Assembly: GCA_035504945.1 (NCBI GenBank)
Contig: DATJRH010000032.1
Location: 91,839 to 155,838, forward strand
Origin: Candidatus Aquilonibacter sp.
Lineage (GTDB): Bacteria > Verrucomicrobiota > Verrucomicrobiia > Limisphaerales > UBA11358
Length of the DNA: 64,000 bases
Direction of reading: 5' to 3'
Of the stretch, positions 8,401-19,419 are shown in pieces; within the stretch, counting starts at the first letter, position 1, and each line of letters begins with the position of its first letter. A model generated the notes under the pieces. The model saw only the letters and a program-made list of their open reading frames with translations, searched no databases and was not told the DNA's origin. Both the position numbers and the translations under genes were made by a program.

Positions 8401-10436
8401 TTGCTTCCTTCAGTCTGGAATTTCCCGGAGCTTTCCAAAACGAACCATTTCCTGCCATCCTTGGAAACACGAGCCACCATGATGGGACCGGCAAATTTCT
8501 TTCCATTGAGCGAAATGTTCACGTCCTGAATCGCGCCGATTTGCACGAAGGCACGTTCACCGTCAGAAAAGACGATATCCGCCGTGTTGTTCTTGAGTTT
8601 GAAGCTCTTGACCAAGCTGGAGAGTTTTTTGATGGAATCATTTCCCACCCGGCCGCAAACCATGGACGCGAGGTAAAATTTTTCCTGCGAGGCGTTCTCG
8701 AAGCCGAGCACCGGCACCACGCTCTGGCGGTAGCGCACATTCGAGCCGTTCACGTCGTCGGCAAACGGCAGCGCTTTGGTTTGTTTCGTCCAGCCGTGCA
8801 AATTTCGGATGAACGTCAGCTTGCCGTCCTTGTAAGCCACCTCGGCGCCGGGCACCGAAACGGTTTTGGCCGCGCCGTCATCAAAGCCGAGCGGATAGCC
8901 GCCTTCCTGGAAAACCAAATTTTGTTTCTTGGTCTCGACCTGATGCAGGTTGATCATGAAATCGTCCTTGACCAGGATCGAGGTATGGATGGTGCCGTCC
9001 TTGTCCACATCATAGAGCGGATATTTCGACGCGGCGAAATCCTTTTCGCAGAAAAGGTGCGTCATTTCCCAGCGCTGGCGGAAATTGATGCCGTCGGCGG
9101 AGAACTGGAGGATGTTGTCGCAGTTGTAATTCTTGTAAACCAGCCGCGCCTCGTAACTGAAAATCGAGGAGTAGGCGAACTTGGTGTATTTGGCGTTGTA
9201 TTCAGCCTTGTCGTGATAGGATTTCTGGTTGATAAGCTGCACGTGGCCGGTCTCTTTGTCGCCAGTCAGCAACAAACCGGCGCTGCGCATCGGGACGGAA
9301 TAATCGCCGAGATGAATCGGCAGCTTTTCCTCCTTCGTTTTCCAGAACGGATTGTCCGGCTGAATCATGAGGAGGTTGAATGCCTTGGTCGCCCAGTAAG
9401 GTGAGCCGCCGCAGGAGTAATGCTCCAGAATTTCCGCGCATGGCCGCAGGAAACCCATCGAAAGATGATTTTGCTCGGTGAGAATTTCGTTCGCGAAAAA
9501 GAATTTCATCACGCCGTTGCACAGCGTTTTGACTTCACCAGCCGGAATGTCGAGGCAGCCGAGGTGTTGTCCTAGCGCGAGCGGCGAGAGAAACCCGAAA
9601 CGATAAATCATCGAGCGCCCGAAACACGGCACGCTGCCGTCGCCGGCGTAGAAGTAGCGCAGGTCGCGCGCAAATAGCCGCGCGCGTTCCTTGTGTTTTT
9701 CCGCCAAGTCCGGCTTGGATTCGCCGTCGAGAATCACCCACATCAGGTAGTAATAGAGGAACGCCCAAGCGTTGTAGTAATCAATCCGGTTGATGTTGCC
9801 GTCGCGATACCAGCCATCGCCCATATACATGTGGTCGCAGCCGGCCAGGTTCGCGTCAATCTGCTCCTGCGAATACGGCATGCCGAACTTCTTCAGCACG
9901 GAGTTGGTGATGACGTTGAAGAGCAGCCAGTTGTTCTGGTGATACTTCACCTTCGTGCATTGGAACAGATAATCGGCGACCTGTTTCTGTTCCGCGGCGG
10001 AAAACTTGTCCCAAATCAAACCTTTCGACAAATAAAGTCCCCACGTCAGCGCGGCCATCTCGACCAGATGCTGCGCATAATCCACGATGTCGCCCCAGTA
10101 TTCAGGATGCTTCGGGTCCGTGCCGGCGAGAATGCCTTTGCGATAAAATGCGGCGACGTCCACCTTTTCGCCCTGCCACGAATATTTTCCGTCCTTCGAA
10201 CTGTGCAGCCACGGACCGGCCATGATCATCGAGCGGGTGAATCCTTCCAACTCGTCGGCGAGAAGTCCGTGATGGCTGCGCGGTCCGGGAATTCGCTGGC
10301 GCGCGCCGCCGGGCGACGCGCTGTCCACGACGCCTTTCATCAAGGCGTAAAAGCATTCCTCCCAATGCTTCCGGGTCCAGCCGGTGATGGGCGAGAGCTT
10401 GCGGTCGAGCGGAGCTTTGAGAATCAATTTTTTCAT
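8397..10436 (-). CDS. DUF2264-family protein (putative carbohydrate-active enzyme)
   Basis: 679 aa. The N-terminus ITGWTRKHWEECF...ARQRIPG...LEGFTRS is what I recognise as DUF2264. It sits in a carbohydrate locus, translationally coupled to the symporter. Confidence 0.65.
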   Translation of the reverse strand: MKKLILKAPLDRKLSPITGWTRKHWEECFYALMKGVVDSASPGGARQRIPGPRSHHGLLADELEGFTRSMIMAGPWLHSSKDGKYSWQGEKVDVAAFYRKGILAGTDPKHPEYWGDIVDYAQHLVEMAALTWGLYLSKGLIWDKFSAAEQKQVADYLFQCTKVKYHQNNWLLFNVITNSVLKKFGMPYSQEQIDANLAGCDHMYMGDGWYRDGNINRIDYYNAWAFLYYYLMWVILDGESKPDLAEKHKERARLFARDLRYFYAGDGSVPCFGRSMIYRFGFLSPLALGQHLGCLDIPAGEVKTLCNGVMKFFFANEILTEQNHLSMGFLRPCAEILEHYSCGGSPYWATKAFNLLMIQPDNPFWKTKEEKLPIHLGDYSVPMRSAGLLLTGDKETGHVQLINQKSYHDKAEYNAKYTKFAYSSIFSYEARLVYKNYNCDNILQFSADGINFRQRWEMTHLFCEKDFAASKYPLYDVDKDGTIHTSILVKDDFMINLHQVETKKQNLVFQEGGYPLGFDDGAAKTVSVPGAEVAYKDGKLTFIRNLHGWTKQTKALPFADDVNGSNVRYRQSVVPVLGFENASQEKFYLASMVCGRVGNDSIKKLSSLVKSFKLKNNTADIVFSDGERAFVQIGAIQDVNISLNGKKFAGPIMVARVSKDGRKWFVLESSGKFQTEGSK

Positions 10437-10440
10437 GGTG

Positions 10441-12189
10441 CTACTTGCGAAGCTTGAACGGGTCGTAATTGGTCAGCGGCCATTTGCCTTGCGGTTTCAA
10501 TTTGCCGAGCAACACCGCCTTGGCCGTCCGCAAACCTTCCGGCGTGAGATTCATGTTCAGCACGATGGTCTTGGCCGACGGAATCAATCCGGCGACTTCC
10601 TTGATGCAATACGGCGTGTTGGTGATCAGCACCACCGGATAGCCGCGATCAATCAGCGTCTTGACGTAAGTGTTCGGCTTCTCCTGCCGGTCGTAATAAT
10701 TCGTGCAGAGAATCAAATCGAACTTGTTCGCCTCGACAAATTTCAAAACGCCTTCCTCGTCCTTGGCGTCCTGGCCAAATTTGGTTTCGTAAGTCTGCAA
10801 CGTCGGCCAGTCCTGCTCCATCAATTGCGAGAACAGCGCCGGATGATCATAAACGTCGTTGGGCGATTTGATGGAATTCTGCTGATTGATGAGCAGCACT
10901 TTCTTTTTCTTGTTCAACGGCAGCGCGTGAAGCTCGTCTTTCACGACCAAAATCGCCTTTTGTGAAACTTTCTTCACGGTTGAGAGAATGACCGGATCCG
11001 AGAACGGCTTCGCGGCTTTCGCGGCGTCCACCATGCCCATTTTCTTGAACATGCCATATTGCTCCTTGATGCGGAGGATGCGGCGAACTTTGTCGTCGAG
11101 TTCCTCGGACTTAATTTTACCGGCCTCGACCCATTTCTTGATGGTGTAAAACATTTCGCCGCGCCACTGGTTTTCAGCCTTCATCAAAATCACGTCGGCG
11201 CCGGCGTCGAGCGCGCGCGCGCAGGCCTCGCCGATTCCGTAACGGTCAATCAACGCGCCCATCGTGATGCTGTCGGTCGTGATGAGGCCGTTGAACTGAA
11301 GCTGGTCGCGCAGAATCCCGGTGACGACCTTGCGCGACACGGTCGAAATCTGTTCGGGATCAATGTGCGGATAAATGCAATGCGCGACCATGATGGAATC
11401 AATGCCCGCCTCGATGAGCCGCTTGTAGGGATACAACTCGACCTTGTTGAACCGGTCGCTGTCCACGTTGAGCATCGGGCAGGCGTGATGCGCGTCGGTC
11501 GCGGAATCGCCGCGGCCGGGGAAATGTTTCGCCGCCGCAATGATGCCGTTTTCCTTGAAACCTTTGACCATTGCGATGGCGTATTCGGCCACGACTTCCG
11601 GGTCGTCGCTGAACGCGCGGTAGCCGATTTCGGGATTGTTCGGATTGATGTTCACGTCCACGACCGGCGAGTGAATCATGTCGAGACCGGACGCCTTCAT
11701 CTGTTTGGCCACGCAGCACGCGACCTGATAAGCCGCCTTCGGGCTGTCACCGGCGACGAGACCCATGCTCGATGGAAATTGCACCACGCCGCCGCGCGAA
11801 AAGTCCTTGCTCGTGTCGCCTTCCTGATCAATGACCATGTGCAGCGGAATCGCCGGCGACCGTTGCGCGGCGAGCCGGCGCAATTCGTTGAGCATCTCGG
11901 CATATTCCTGCGGCGTGAGATATGGCGGCAGGCCGCCGGTGGCGATTTTTTGCATGGACGGCACGAAGTCCGCGCCCAATTCCTGCTTCCGGGCCTTGTC
12001 ATCGCTGAAATAGCTGAACATCCGGGTGAACGTCGAAAGCCGGATGCCGCTGCAATGGTAGCGCGTGATGGCTTCGCGCAAATCGTTCGTGATGACCGTG
12101 CCCGACATGCCGACCACAACGCACTGGCCGATTTTCTGTTCGAGCGACATTTTACCGAGAATGGCTTCCACACAGGACTCTTTTTTCAT
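10441..12189 (-). CDS. Glycoside hydrolase family 3 (NagZ/beta-glucosidase-like) with a C-terminal extension
   Basis: GH3 motifs are present: KIGQ, KHFPGRGDSATDAHH, ITTDSITMGA. The ATG at 12189 (MKKESCVEAIL) is preceded by GGAGGG about 11 nt upstream. The longer track ORF adds 32 implausible residues. Confidence 0.8.
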   Translation of the reverse strand: MKKESCVEAILGKMSLEQKIGQCVVVGMSGTVITNDLREAITRYHCSGIRLSTFTRMFSYFSDDKARKQELGADFVPSMQKIATGGLPPYLTPQEYAEMLNELRRLAAQRSPAIPLHMVIDQEGDTSKDFSRGGVVQFPSSMGLVAGDSPKAAYQVACCVAKQMKASGLDMIHSPVVDVNINPNNPEIGYRAFSDDPEVVAEYAIAMVKGFKENGIIAAAKHFPGRGDSATDAHHACPMLNVDSDRFNKVELYPYKRLIEAGIDSIMVAHCIYPHIDPEQISTVSRKVVTGILRDQLQFNGLITTDSITMGALIDRYGIGEACARALDAGADVILMKAENQWRGEMFYTIKKWVEAGKIKSEELDDKVRRILRIKEQYGMFKKMGMVDAAKAAKPFSDPVILSTVKKVSQKAILVVKDELHALPLNKKKKVLLINQQNSIKSPNDVYDHPALFSQLMEQDWPTLQTYETKFGQDAKDEEGVLKFVEANKFDLILCTNYYDRQEKPNTYVKTLIDRGYPVVLITNTPYCIKEVAGLIPSAKTIVLNMNLTPEGLRTAKAVLLGKLKPQGKWPLTNYDPFKLRK

Positions 12190-12432
12190 AGCAGTGACTT
12201 CCCTCCAATTCATTTCAATTGACACACAATCCCGGGAGGAGCGGAACTGGAGAATTTTTTGTAAATTGCAGCAGCCATTATGCAATCCGAAAGCCCGGCG
12301 TCAAGCCCGCCTCCGCATCCGCGGCCAAAAAATTTCCCCTTTTGGTCTGTTGGCATATTCACGCCGGTTAAAAATAAAAAATTTTATTGATTGTCGGCGC
12401 GCTTCCGTGTCTGCTGGCCAGCCAAAATTTTT

Positions 12433-13311
12433 ATGCACGATCCGCAAATCTTGAAAGATCTGAAACCGGCGAAGGAATTTTTCATCGGCATTGACTCCGA
12501 CGGCTGCGTCTTCGACACGATGGAGCTGAAGCACAAGGAATGTTTCGCGCCAATGTTCATCAAACATTTCCGCCTCCAGACCGCCAGCAAATACGCCCGC
12601 GAAGTCTGGGACTTCGTCAATCTTTATTCCAAGACGCGCGGCTGCAACCGGTTTCCCGCCGTCGTCCACGCGATGAATCTCCTGCGCGACCGCAAGGAAG
12701 TCACCGCCCGTGGAGTCGCCCTCTACGACACCGTGCCGCTGGAGGAATGGATCGCGCGCGAAACCAAACTCGGCAACGCCGCGCTCAAAAAGGAAGTGGA
12801 CGCCGGCAACACCGCGCTGGCCACGCCGCTGGCCTGGTCGGCCGGGGTCAACCAGGCCGTCGCCGACATCGTCTCCGGCGTGCCACCGTTCCCGCTGTTC
12901 AAGGAAAGCCTCCAAAAAATGGTGACGAAGGCCGACGTGATTGTCGTCTCGCAGACGCCGACCGAGGCGCTGGTGCGCGAATGGCATGAGCACGACATTG
13001 ACCGGTTTGTCCGCGTCATTTGCGGCCAGGAACTCGGCACCAAGGCCGAGCACATCCAGTTCGCCGCCGGCGGAAAATATTCGACCGAGAAAATGCTGAT
13101 GATTGGCGACGCGCCCGGCGATTTGAAAGCCGCGCGCAGCAACCAGGCTTTGTTTTACCCGATTGTGCCCGGACACGAGGAGACCTCGTGGGAGCGGTTT
13201 TTCAAGGAAGGCCTCGACCGGTTTTTCGCCGGCACTTACGCGGGCGATTACGAAGCCGGATTGATCCGCGAATTCGACGCCTCGCTGCCGGAAAATCCGC
13301 CGTGGAAATAA
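12433..13311 (+). CDS. HAD-superfamily hydrolase
   Basis: It has DxDxT motif I (GIDSDGCVFDT), a VVSQTP motif II-like segment and GDAPGD motif IV. The first ATG is at 12433 (the track start at 12391 is a TTG). Confidence 0.6.
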   Translation: MHDPQILKDLKPAKEFFIGIDSDGCVFDTMELKHKECFAPMFIKHFRLQTASKYAREVWDFVNLYSKTRGCNRFPAVVHAMNLLRDRKEVTARGVALYDTVPLEEWIARETKLGNAALKKEVDAGNTALATPLAWSAGVNQAVADIVSGVPPFPLFKESLQKMVTKADVIVVSQTPTEALVREWHEHDIDRFVRVICGQELGTKAEHIQFAAGGKYSTEKMLMIGDAPGDLKAARSNQALFYPIVPGHEETSWERFFKEGLDRFFAGTYAGDYEAGLIREFDASLPENPPWK

Positions 13312-13382
13312 CGAGCCGCCGCGTCCGCGCAAACGGAATCAAGCGCTGATTGCAAATTTGGAAATTTCGTCCAGCTCTTGTT

Positions 13383-15048
<1,666 letters not shown>

Positions 15049-15058
15049 TGTGGAAAAT

Positions 15059-15463
15059 TTATGGCTGGCTGGTGATTTTATGCCAGTCCACACCCTGTCT
15101 TCCGGCGTAGGCGGCAAACGCCTTTTCGTTTTGAATCAACGCGGCGCGCACGACGCTCGAATCATCAGCGCGGCCCAAGTCCAGCAGACTGTCGGGAATG
15201 ATGCCCATTTTTTTGTGCGCGTAGAGCAGCGCGAACACGGCCTGCGCCACCGCCGGATAGGGCAGTTCCTTGTAGGCACCTTCAATCGCGTCCTCCACGG
15301 CGTCGGCGAGAAATTCAAGCTGGTCCACAAGGTGCGGAAATTTCGGCGCGTTGATTTGGGTGAATTCCAGTTTCCATTGCGGCAACTGGCGCAAAACTTT
15401 TTCCGCGATGGCGGGCGTGACGCTGGCGGCGCCGTTGTTGACGAACCTGGCGATTTCAGACAT
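15059..15463 (-). CDS. Hypothetical protein
   Basis: 134-aa ORF with ATG start and TAA stop, and composition like its neighbours. I recognise no family. Confidence 0.5.
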   Translation of the reverse strand: MSEIARFVNNGAASVTPAIAEKVLRQLPQWKLEFTQINAPKFPHLVDQLEFLADAVEDAIEGAYKELPYPAVAQAVFALLYAHKKMGIIPDSLLDLGRADDSSVVRAALIQNEKAFAAYAGRQGVDWHKITSQP

Positions 15464-15552
15464 GGCGGCAATTTAGGCAAACTGCCGCCGCCGTCAAAGT
15501 GAAATCGTCGTGACGAATCGCGCTTTCTTTTGCGGCGAAATTTTTGTAACGA

Positions 15553-16440
15553 ATGGGCGTGCAAGATTTGATCGCCAAAACCGACACGCTGCTGGAGGCG
15601 CTGCCGTATATCCAGAAATTCAACGGCGCGACCTTTGTCGTCAAATACGGCGGCAGCTTCATGGATTCGCCGGACGAAAAAATCCGCACCGGCGTCGCGC
15701 GTGACATCGTGTTTCTGGAAGCGGTCGAAATCAATCCCGTCGTCGTCCACGGCGGCGGCAAGGCCATCACCCGCGCGATGGAAAAGGCCGGCTTGAAGGC
15801 AAACTTCATCCAGGGCCAGCGCGTCACCGACGAAGCCACGGCGAAAATCGTGGACGACGTTTTGTCGCGCGAAATCAATCCCGAAATCGTCAAGACCATC
15901 AACGAGCTCGGCGGTAACGCCGTGGGTTTTGCCGGGCCCGACATTTTCAAATGCAAAAAACTTTTGCTCGACGATTTGGAAAATCCCGGCAAGAAAATTG
16001 ACATCGGCTACGTGGGCGAAGTCATCGCCGTCAACGCCGCGCCGCTGAAGGAAAGCATCTGGTGCGGCTTCACGCCGGTCATCAGTCCGACCGCGCGCGG
16101 CGAGGACGGGAAAATTTACAATTGCAACGCCGACATCGCCGCCGCGCAACTGGCCATCGCGCTCAACGCCAAACGGCTGGTGTTCATGAGCGACGTGCCC
16201 GGCCTGCTGCGTGATCCAAAAAATCCCGAGTCGGTGATTTCGCATTTGAAAACCTCTGAAGTCGCCGAGTTGAAAAAATGCGGCGTGATTGACAAGGGCA
16301 TGATTCCGAAGACGGACAGCGCCGTGGCCGCCATCCAATCCGGAGTGGAAAAGGTTTCGTTTGTGGACGGCCGCGTGTCGCACGCCGTCATGCTGGAAAT
16401 TTTCACCGACGAAGGCGTCGGGACGGAAATCGTTTTGTAA
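15553..16440 (+). CDS. argB: Acetylglutamate kinase
   Basis: Classic ArgB sequence (FVVKYGGS, VVVHGGG, NCNADIAAAQLA). Confidence 0.9.
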   Translation: MGVQDLIAKTDTLLEALPYIQKFNGATFVVKYGGSFMDSPDEKIRTGVARDIVFLEAVEINPVVVHGGGKAITRAMEKAGLKANFIQGQRVTDEATAKIVDDVLSREINPEIVKTINELGGNAVGFAGPDIFKCKKLLLDDLENPGKKIDIGYVGEVIAVNAAPLKESIWCGFTPVISPTARGEDGKIYNCNADIAAAQLAIALNAKRLVFMSDVPGLLRDPKNPESVISHLKTSEVAELKKCGVIDKGMIPKTDSAVAAIQSGVEKVSFVDGRVSHAVMLEIFTDEGVGTEIVL

Positions 16441-16472
16441 TTTACGATTTACGATTTACGATTTACACGATT
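16441..16472. repeat. Heptamer tandem repeat (TTTACGA x3 plus a fourth copy with a 2-nt insertion) filling the argB-argD spacer
   Basis: Read directly: TTTACGA at 16441, 16448 and 16455, then TTTACACGA at 16462. Confidence 0.85.
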
Positions 16473-16477
16473 CGCAA

Positions 16478-17758
16478 ATGAAAGAAATTTTTTCGCCGCC
16501 TCCGCTCGTGCAAAACCAGTTCGAGTCCATCCGCGATTTGTTCTCGAAAAATGTCGTGCCGAGCTATGGCCGGTTTGACCTCGCGTTGAGCCACGGCGCA
16601 GGCAGTTACGTTTTTGATGTCGCCGGCAAGCGCTACCTCGACCTCGGCGGCGGCATCGCTGTCAATTGCCTCGGCCACGCGCATCCGGCCATCGTCGAAG
16701 CGCTCACCGAGCAGGCGAAAAAATTGATTCACGTCTCGAATCTTTATTACACCGAGCCGCAAGGCCGGCTTGCGGCGGAAATCGTCAAACGGCTCGGCGC
16801 CGGAAAAGTTTTCTTTGCCAACAGCGGCGCGGAAGCGAACGAAGGCTTGTTCAAAGTCGCGCGCAAATTTGGCCACGACGAAGGCCGGTTTGAAATATTG
16901 ACCGCGACCAATTCCTTTCATGGCCGCACGCTCGCCGGCATTGCCGCCACCGGCCAGGAAAAAGTCAAAAAGGGATTCGAGCCAATGACGCCGGGCTTCC
17001 GGCACATTCCTTTCAACGATTTGGCTGCCGCGCGCGCCGCGATTTCTCCGGCGACCGTCGCCATTTTGATTGAAGGCGTGCAGGGCGAGGGCGGCGTGAC
17101 GCCTGCGACGCCGGATTATTTGCTCGGCCTGCGCGAGCTGTGCGACGAGAAAAAACTGCTGCTGTTCATGGACGGCGTGCAGGACGGACATTTTCGAACC
17201 GGAAAATTCCAAAGCTTTCAGCGGGTTCTTGAAAATATTTCCGATGGCGAAAAATTTCTGCCCGACGGACTTTCAATGGCCAAGTCGCTCGGCGGCGGCT
17301 TTCCGATGGGCGCGTTCTGGCTGCGCCCGCCGTTCGCGGATTTGCTCGGGCCGGGCACGCACGCGACGACGTTCGGCGGCACACCGCTGGCTTGCGCCGT
17401 CGCGTTGAAAATTTTTGAAGTCATCGAGAATGAAAAGCTGGCCGAACAGGCGTGCAAGCTCGGCGGCTGGATGCTCGACGAATTGAACCGGCTCGCCCAA
17501 AAACATCCGGCCGTCGTCAAAAACGCGCGCGGCCTCGGTTTCATGCTCGGCTTGGAGCTGGCGGAAAAAAATCCCGCGTTCACAGCCAGCGACAAGCCGG
17601 CGGCGATTCAATTTACCAACCGGCTGCAACAAGCCGGCGTGCTGGTCATTCCGGCGGGCGCGCAAGTCATCCGGCTGTTGCCACCGCTGAATTTGACGTG
17701 GCAGGAAGCCGGCGAGGGGATTTCCAAAATTGAGGAAGTCATTAAACTGCTCGCTTGA
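16478..17758 (+). CDS. argD: Acetylornithine aminotransferase (class III PLP aminotransferase)
   Basis: ArgD motifs are present (LDLGGGIAVNCLGHAHP, FFANSGAEANE, MAKSLGGGFP). The ATG at 16478 follows the argB stop. The track ORF start at 16361 lies inside argB. Confidence 0.85.
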   Translation: MKEIFSPPPLVQNQFESIRDLFSKNVVPSYGRFDLALSHGAGSYVFDVAGKRYLDLGGGIAVNCLGHAHPAIVEALTEQAKKLIHVSNLYYTEPQGRLAAEIVKRLGAGKVFFANSGAEANEGLFKVARKFGHDEGRFEILTATNSFHGRTLAGIAATGQEKVKKGFEPMTPGFRHIPFNDLAAARAAISPATVAILIEGVQGEGGVTPATPDYLLGLRELCDEKKLLLFMDGVQDGHFRTGKFQSFQRVLENISDGEKFLPDGLSMAKSLGGGFPMGAFWLRPPFADLLGPGTHATTFGGTPLACAVALKIFEVIENEKLAEQACKLGGWMLDELNRLAQKHPAVVKNARGLGFMLGLELAEKNPAFTASDKPAAIQFTNRLQQAGVLVIPAGAQVIRLLPPLNLTWQEAGEGISKIEEVIKLLA

Positions 17759-17762
17759 TTTC

Positions 17763-18383
17763 ATGACGCCCGAAGCGCACAGGCATTTGTCGAAACGCGA
17801 TCCGGTAATGCGCCGGCTCATCCGCGAGCACGGGAAATGCGACCTCGCGCCAGAGACACGACGTTCGCCGTTCCAATCGCTCGTGATGGCCGTTGCGCAC
17901 CAGCAACTCAACGGCACAGCGGCAAATACAATTCTTTCGCGCTTCAAAAAATTGTTTCCCGGACGGAAATTTCCGCGACCGGAGGATTTGGCGAAGGTTT
18001 CGGACAAACAAATCCGCGCGTGCGGATTTTCCTTCGCCAAAATCAAATCCATCCGCGACATCGCGGAAAAAACTTTGAACGGCATCGTGCCGACTTCGCG
18101 TCAAATCATCCTGTTGTCCGATGACGAAATCATTTCGCGGCTGACGCAGGTGCGCGGCGTCGGCCAATGGACGGTGGAAATGCTTTTGATTTTTCAGCTT
18201 GGGCGGCACGACGTTTTACCAGCGGGCGATTTTGGCGTCCGCACCGGCTTTCGCCACGCCTACAAAAAGCGCGATTTGCCCGCGCCGAAGGAAATTCTCG
18301 CGCACGGCGAAATCTGGCGTCCGCACCGCACGACCGCGTCGTGGTTCCTCTGGTGCGTGGCCGATGCGGCGAAAAAGAAGTGA
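17763..18383 (+). CDS. HhH-GPD DNA glycosylase (DNA-3-methyladenine glycosylase II / AlkA-like)
   Basis: HhH-GPD signature LTQVRGVGQWTVEMLLIF...DVLPAGD. The ATG lies 4 nt after the argD stop. Confidence 0.7.
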   Translation: MTPEAHRHLSKRDPVMRRLIREHGKCDLAPETRRSPFQSLVMAVAHQQLNGTAANTILSRFKKLFPGRKFPRPEDLAKVSDKQIRACGFSFAKIKSIRDIAEKTLNGIVPTSRQIILLSDDEIISRLTQVRGVGQWTVEMLLIFQLGRHDVLPAGDFGVRTGFRHAYKKRDLPAPKEILAHGEIWRPHRTTASWFLWCVADAAKKK

Positions 18384-18444
18384 CGCCGCGCCGCGCTTGG
18401 GTTATAAAATTACCTTTGGGCGACAATTCCCAAAATTTTGGTTT

Positions 18445-19341
18445 ATGAAAAATTTGCTGTCATTGGAGAAATTGCCGAATGGCGACATTGAAAAAATTCT
18501 GCGCGACGCGGTCATTTTCAAGCGCGAACGGGCGCGGCTCGACCGCAAACCGCTCGCCGGCCAGACTTGGGCGCTGATTTTTTCCAAGTCGTCCACGCGC
18601 ACGCGGGTTTCGTTCGAGGTCGGCATCCGCGAACTCGGCGGAGAAGTTTTGTTTCTCAACGCGAATGACATCCAGCTCGGCCGCGGCGAGCCGGTCAAGG
18701 ACACCGCGCGCGTTCTGGGACGCATGATTCACGGCGCGGTCATCCGCACGTTTGCGCAGAGCGACGTGGAGGAGTTCGCAGAATTTTCCAAAATTCCGAC
18801 ACTCAACGCGCTCACGGACGACGAGCATCCGTGCCAGATTCTCGCGGACATTTTCACGTTCAAGGAAAAGCATGGGCCGATTTCCGGCAAAGTCGTCGCG
18901 TTCATCGGCGACGGCGCGTGCAATGTGCCGCGCTCGTGGATTTTTGCCGCGGCGAAAATGGGATTTGAACTGCGCATCGCCTCGCCGAAAAAATTTCAGC
19001 CGCCCGCCGCGCTTTTGAAACGCGCCGGAGGAAAAATTTCCTGCACCGAGGACGTCCAAAAGGCCGCGAAGGGCGCGGACCTGCTTTACACCGACGTCTG
19101 GGTTTCGATGGGCAAGGAAGAGGAAAGTGCCGCGCGGCTCAAGGCGCTGCAGGGCTATCAAATCAACCAGCCGCTCGTGAAACTGGCGAATCCCGGCGCG
19201 CTCGTCATGCATTGCCTGCCGGCGCATCGCGGCAAGGAAATTGACGAGGAAACATTTGAGGCCAACGCGGAAACCATTTTCGCGCAGGCCGAAAACCGGC
19301 TGCATGTGCAAAAAGCGATTCTGAACTGGGCGGTTGCCTGA
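18445..19341 (+). CDS. argF: Ornithine carbamoyltransferase
   Basis: The STRTR carbamoyl-phosphate motif, the HPCQ and DGACNV motifs and HCLPA are all present. The ATG is at 18445; the upstream part of the track ORF overlaps the glycosylase gene. Confidence 0.9.
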   Translation: MKNLLSLEKLPNGDIEKILRDAVIFKRERARLDRKPLAGQTWALIFSKSSTRTRVSFEVGIRELGGEVLFLNANDIQLGRGEPVKDTARVLGRMIHGAVIRTFAQSDVEEFAEFSKIPTLNALTDDEHPCQILADIFTFKEKHGPISGKVVAFIGDGACNVPRSWIFAAAKMGFELRIASPKKFQPPAALLKRAGGKISCTEDVQKAAKGADLLYTDVWVSMGKEEESAARLKALQGYQINQPLVKLANPGALVMHCLPAHRGKEIDEETFEANAETIFAQAENRLHVQKAILNWAVA

Positions 19342-19419
19342 TTTTGCGGTGAACGCAGCCCGGTTTTTGTTTGAGCAAAAACACGCGTTCGGCTATCTCA
19401 AGATTGCGACAACGCGCAA

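Noticed and set aside
12301-13332. 343-aa minus-strand ORF
   Set aside because: It is antisense to the HAD hydrolase gene. It has no recognisable motifs and an R/G/A-rich composition.
15136-16383. 415-aa minus-strand ORF
   Set aside because: It is antisense to argB and the neighbouring gene. argB is unambiguous on the + strand.
17763-18383. AlkA-like glycosylase interrupting the argB-argD-argF cluster
   Set aside because: This is an ordinary housekeeping gene in a compact operon-like array. Nothing in the sequence suggests a functional link or mobility.
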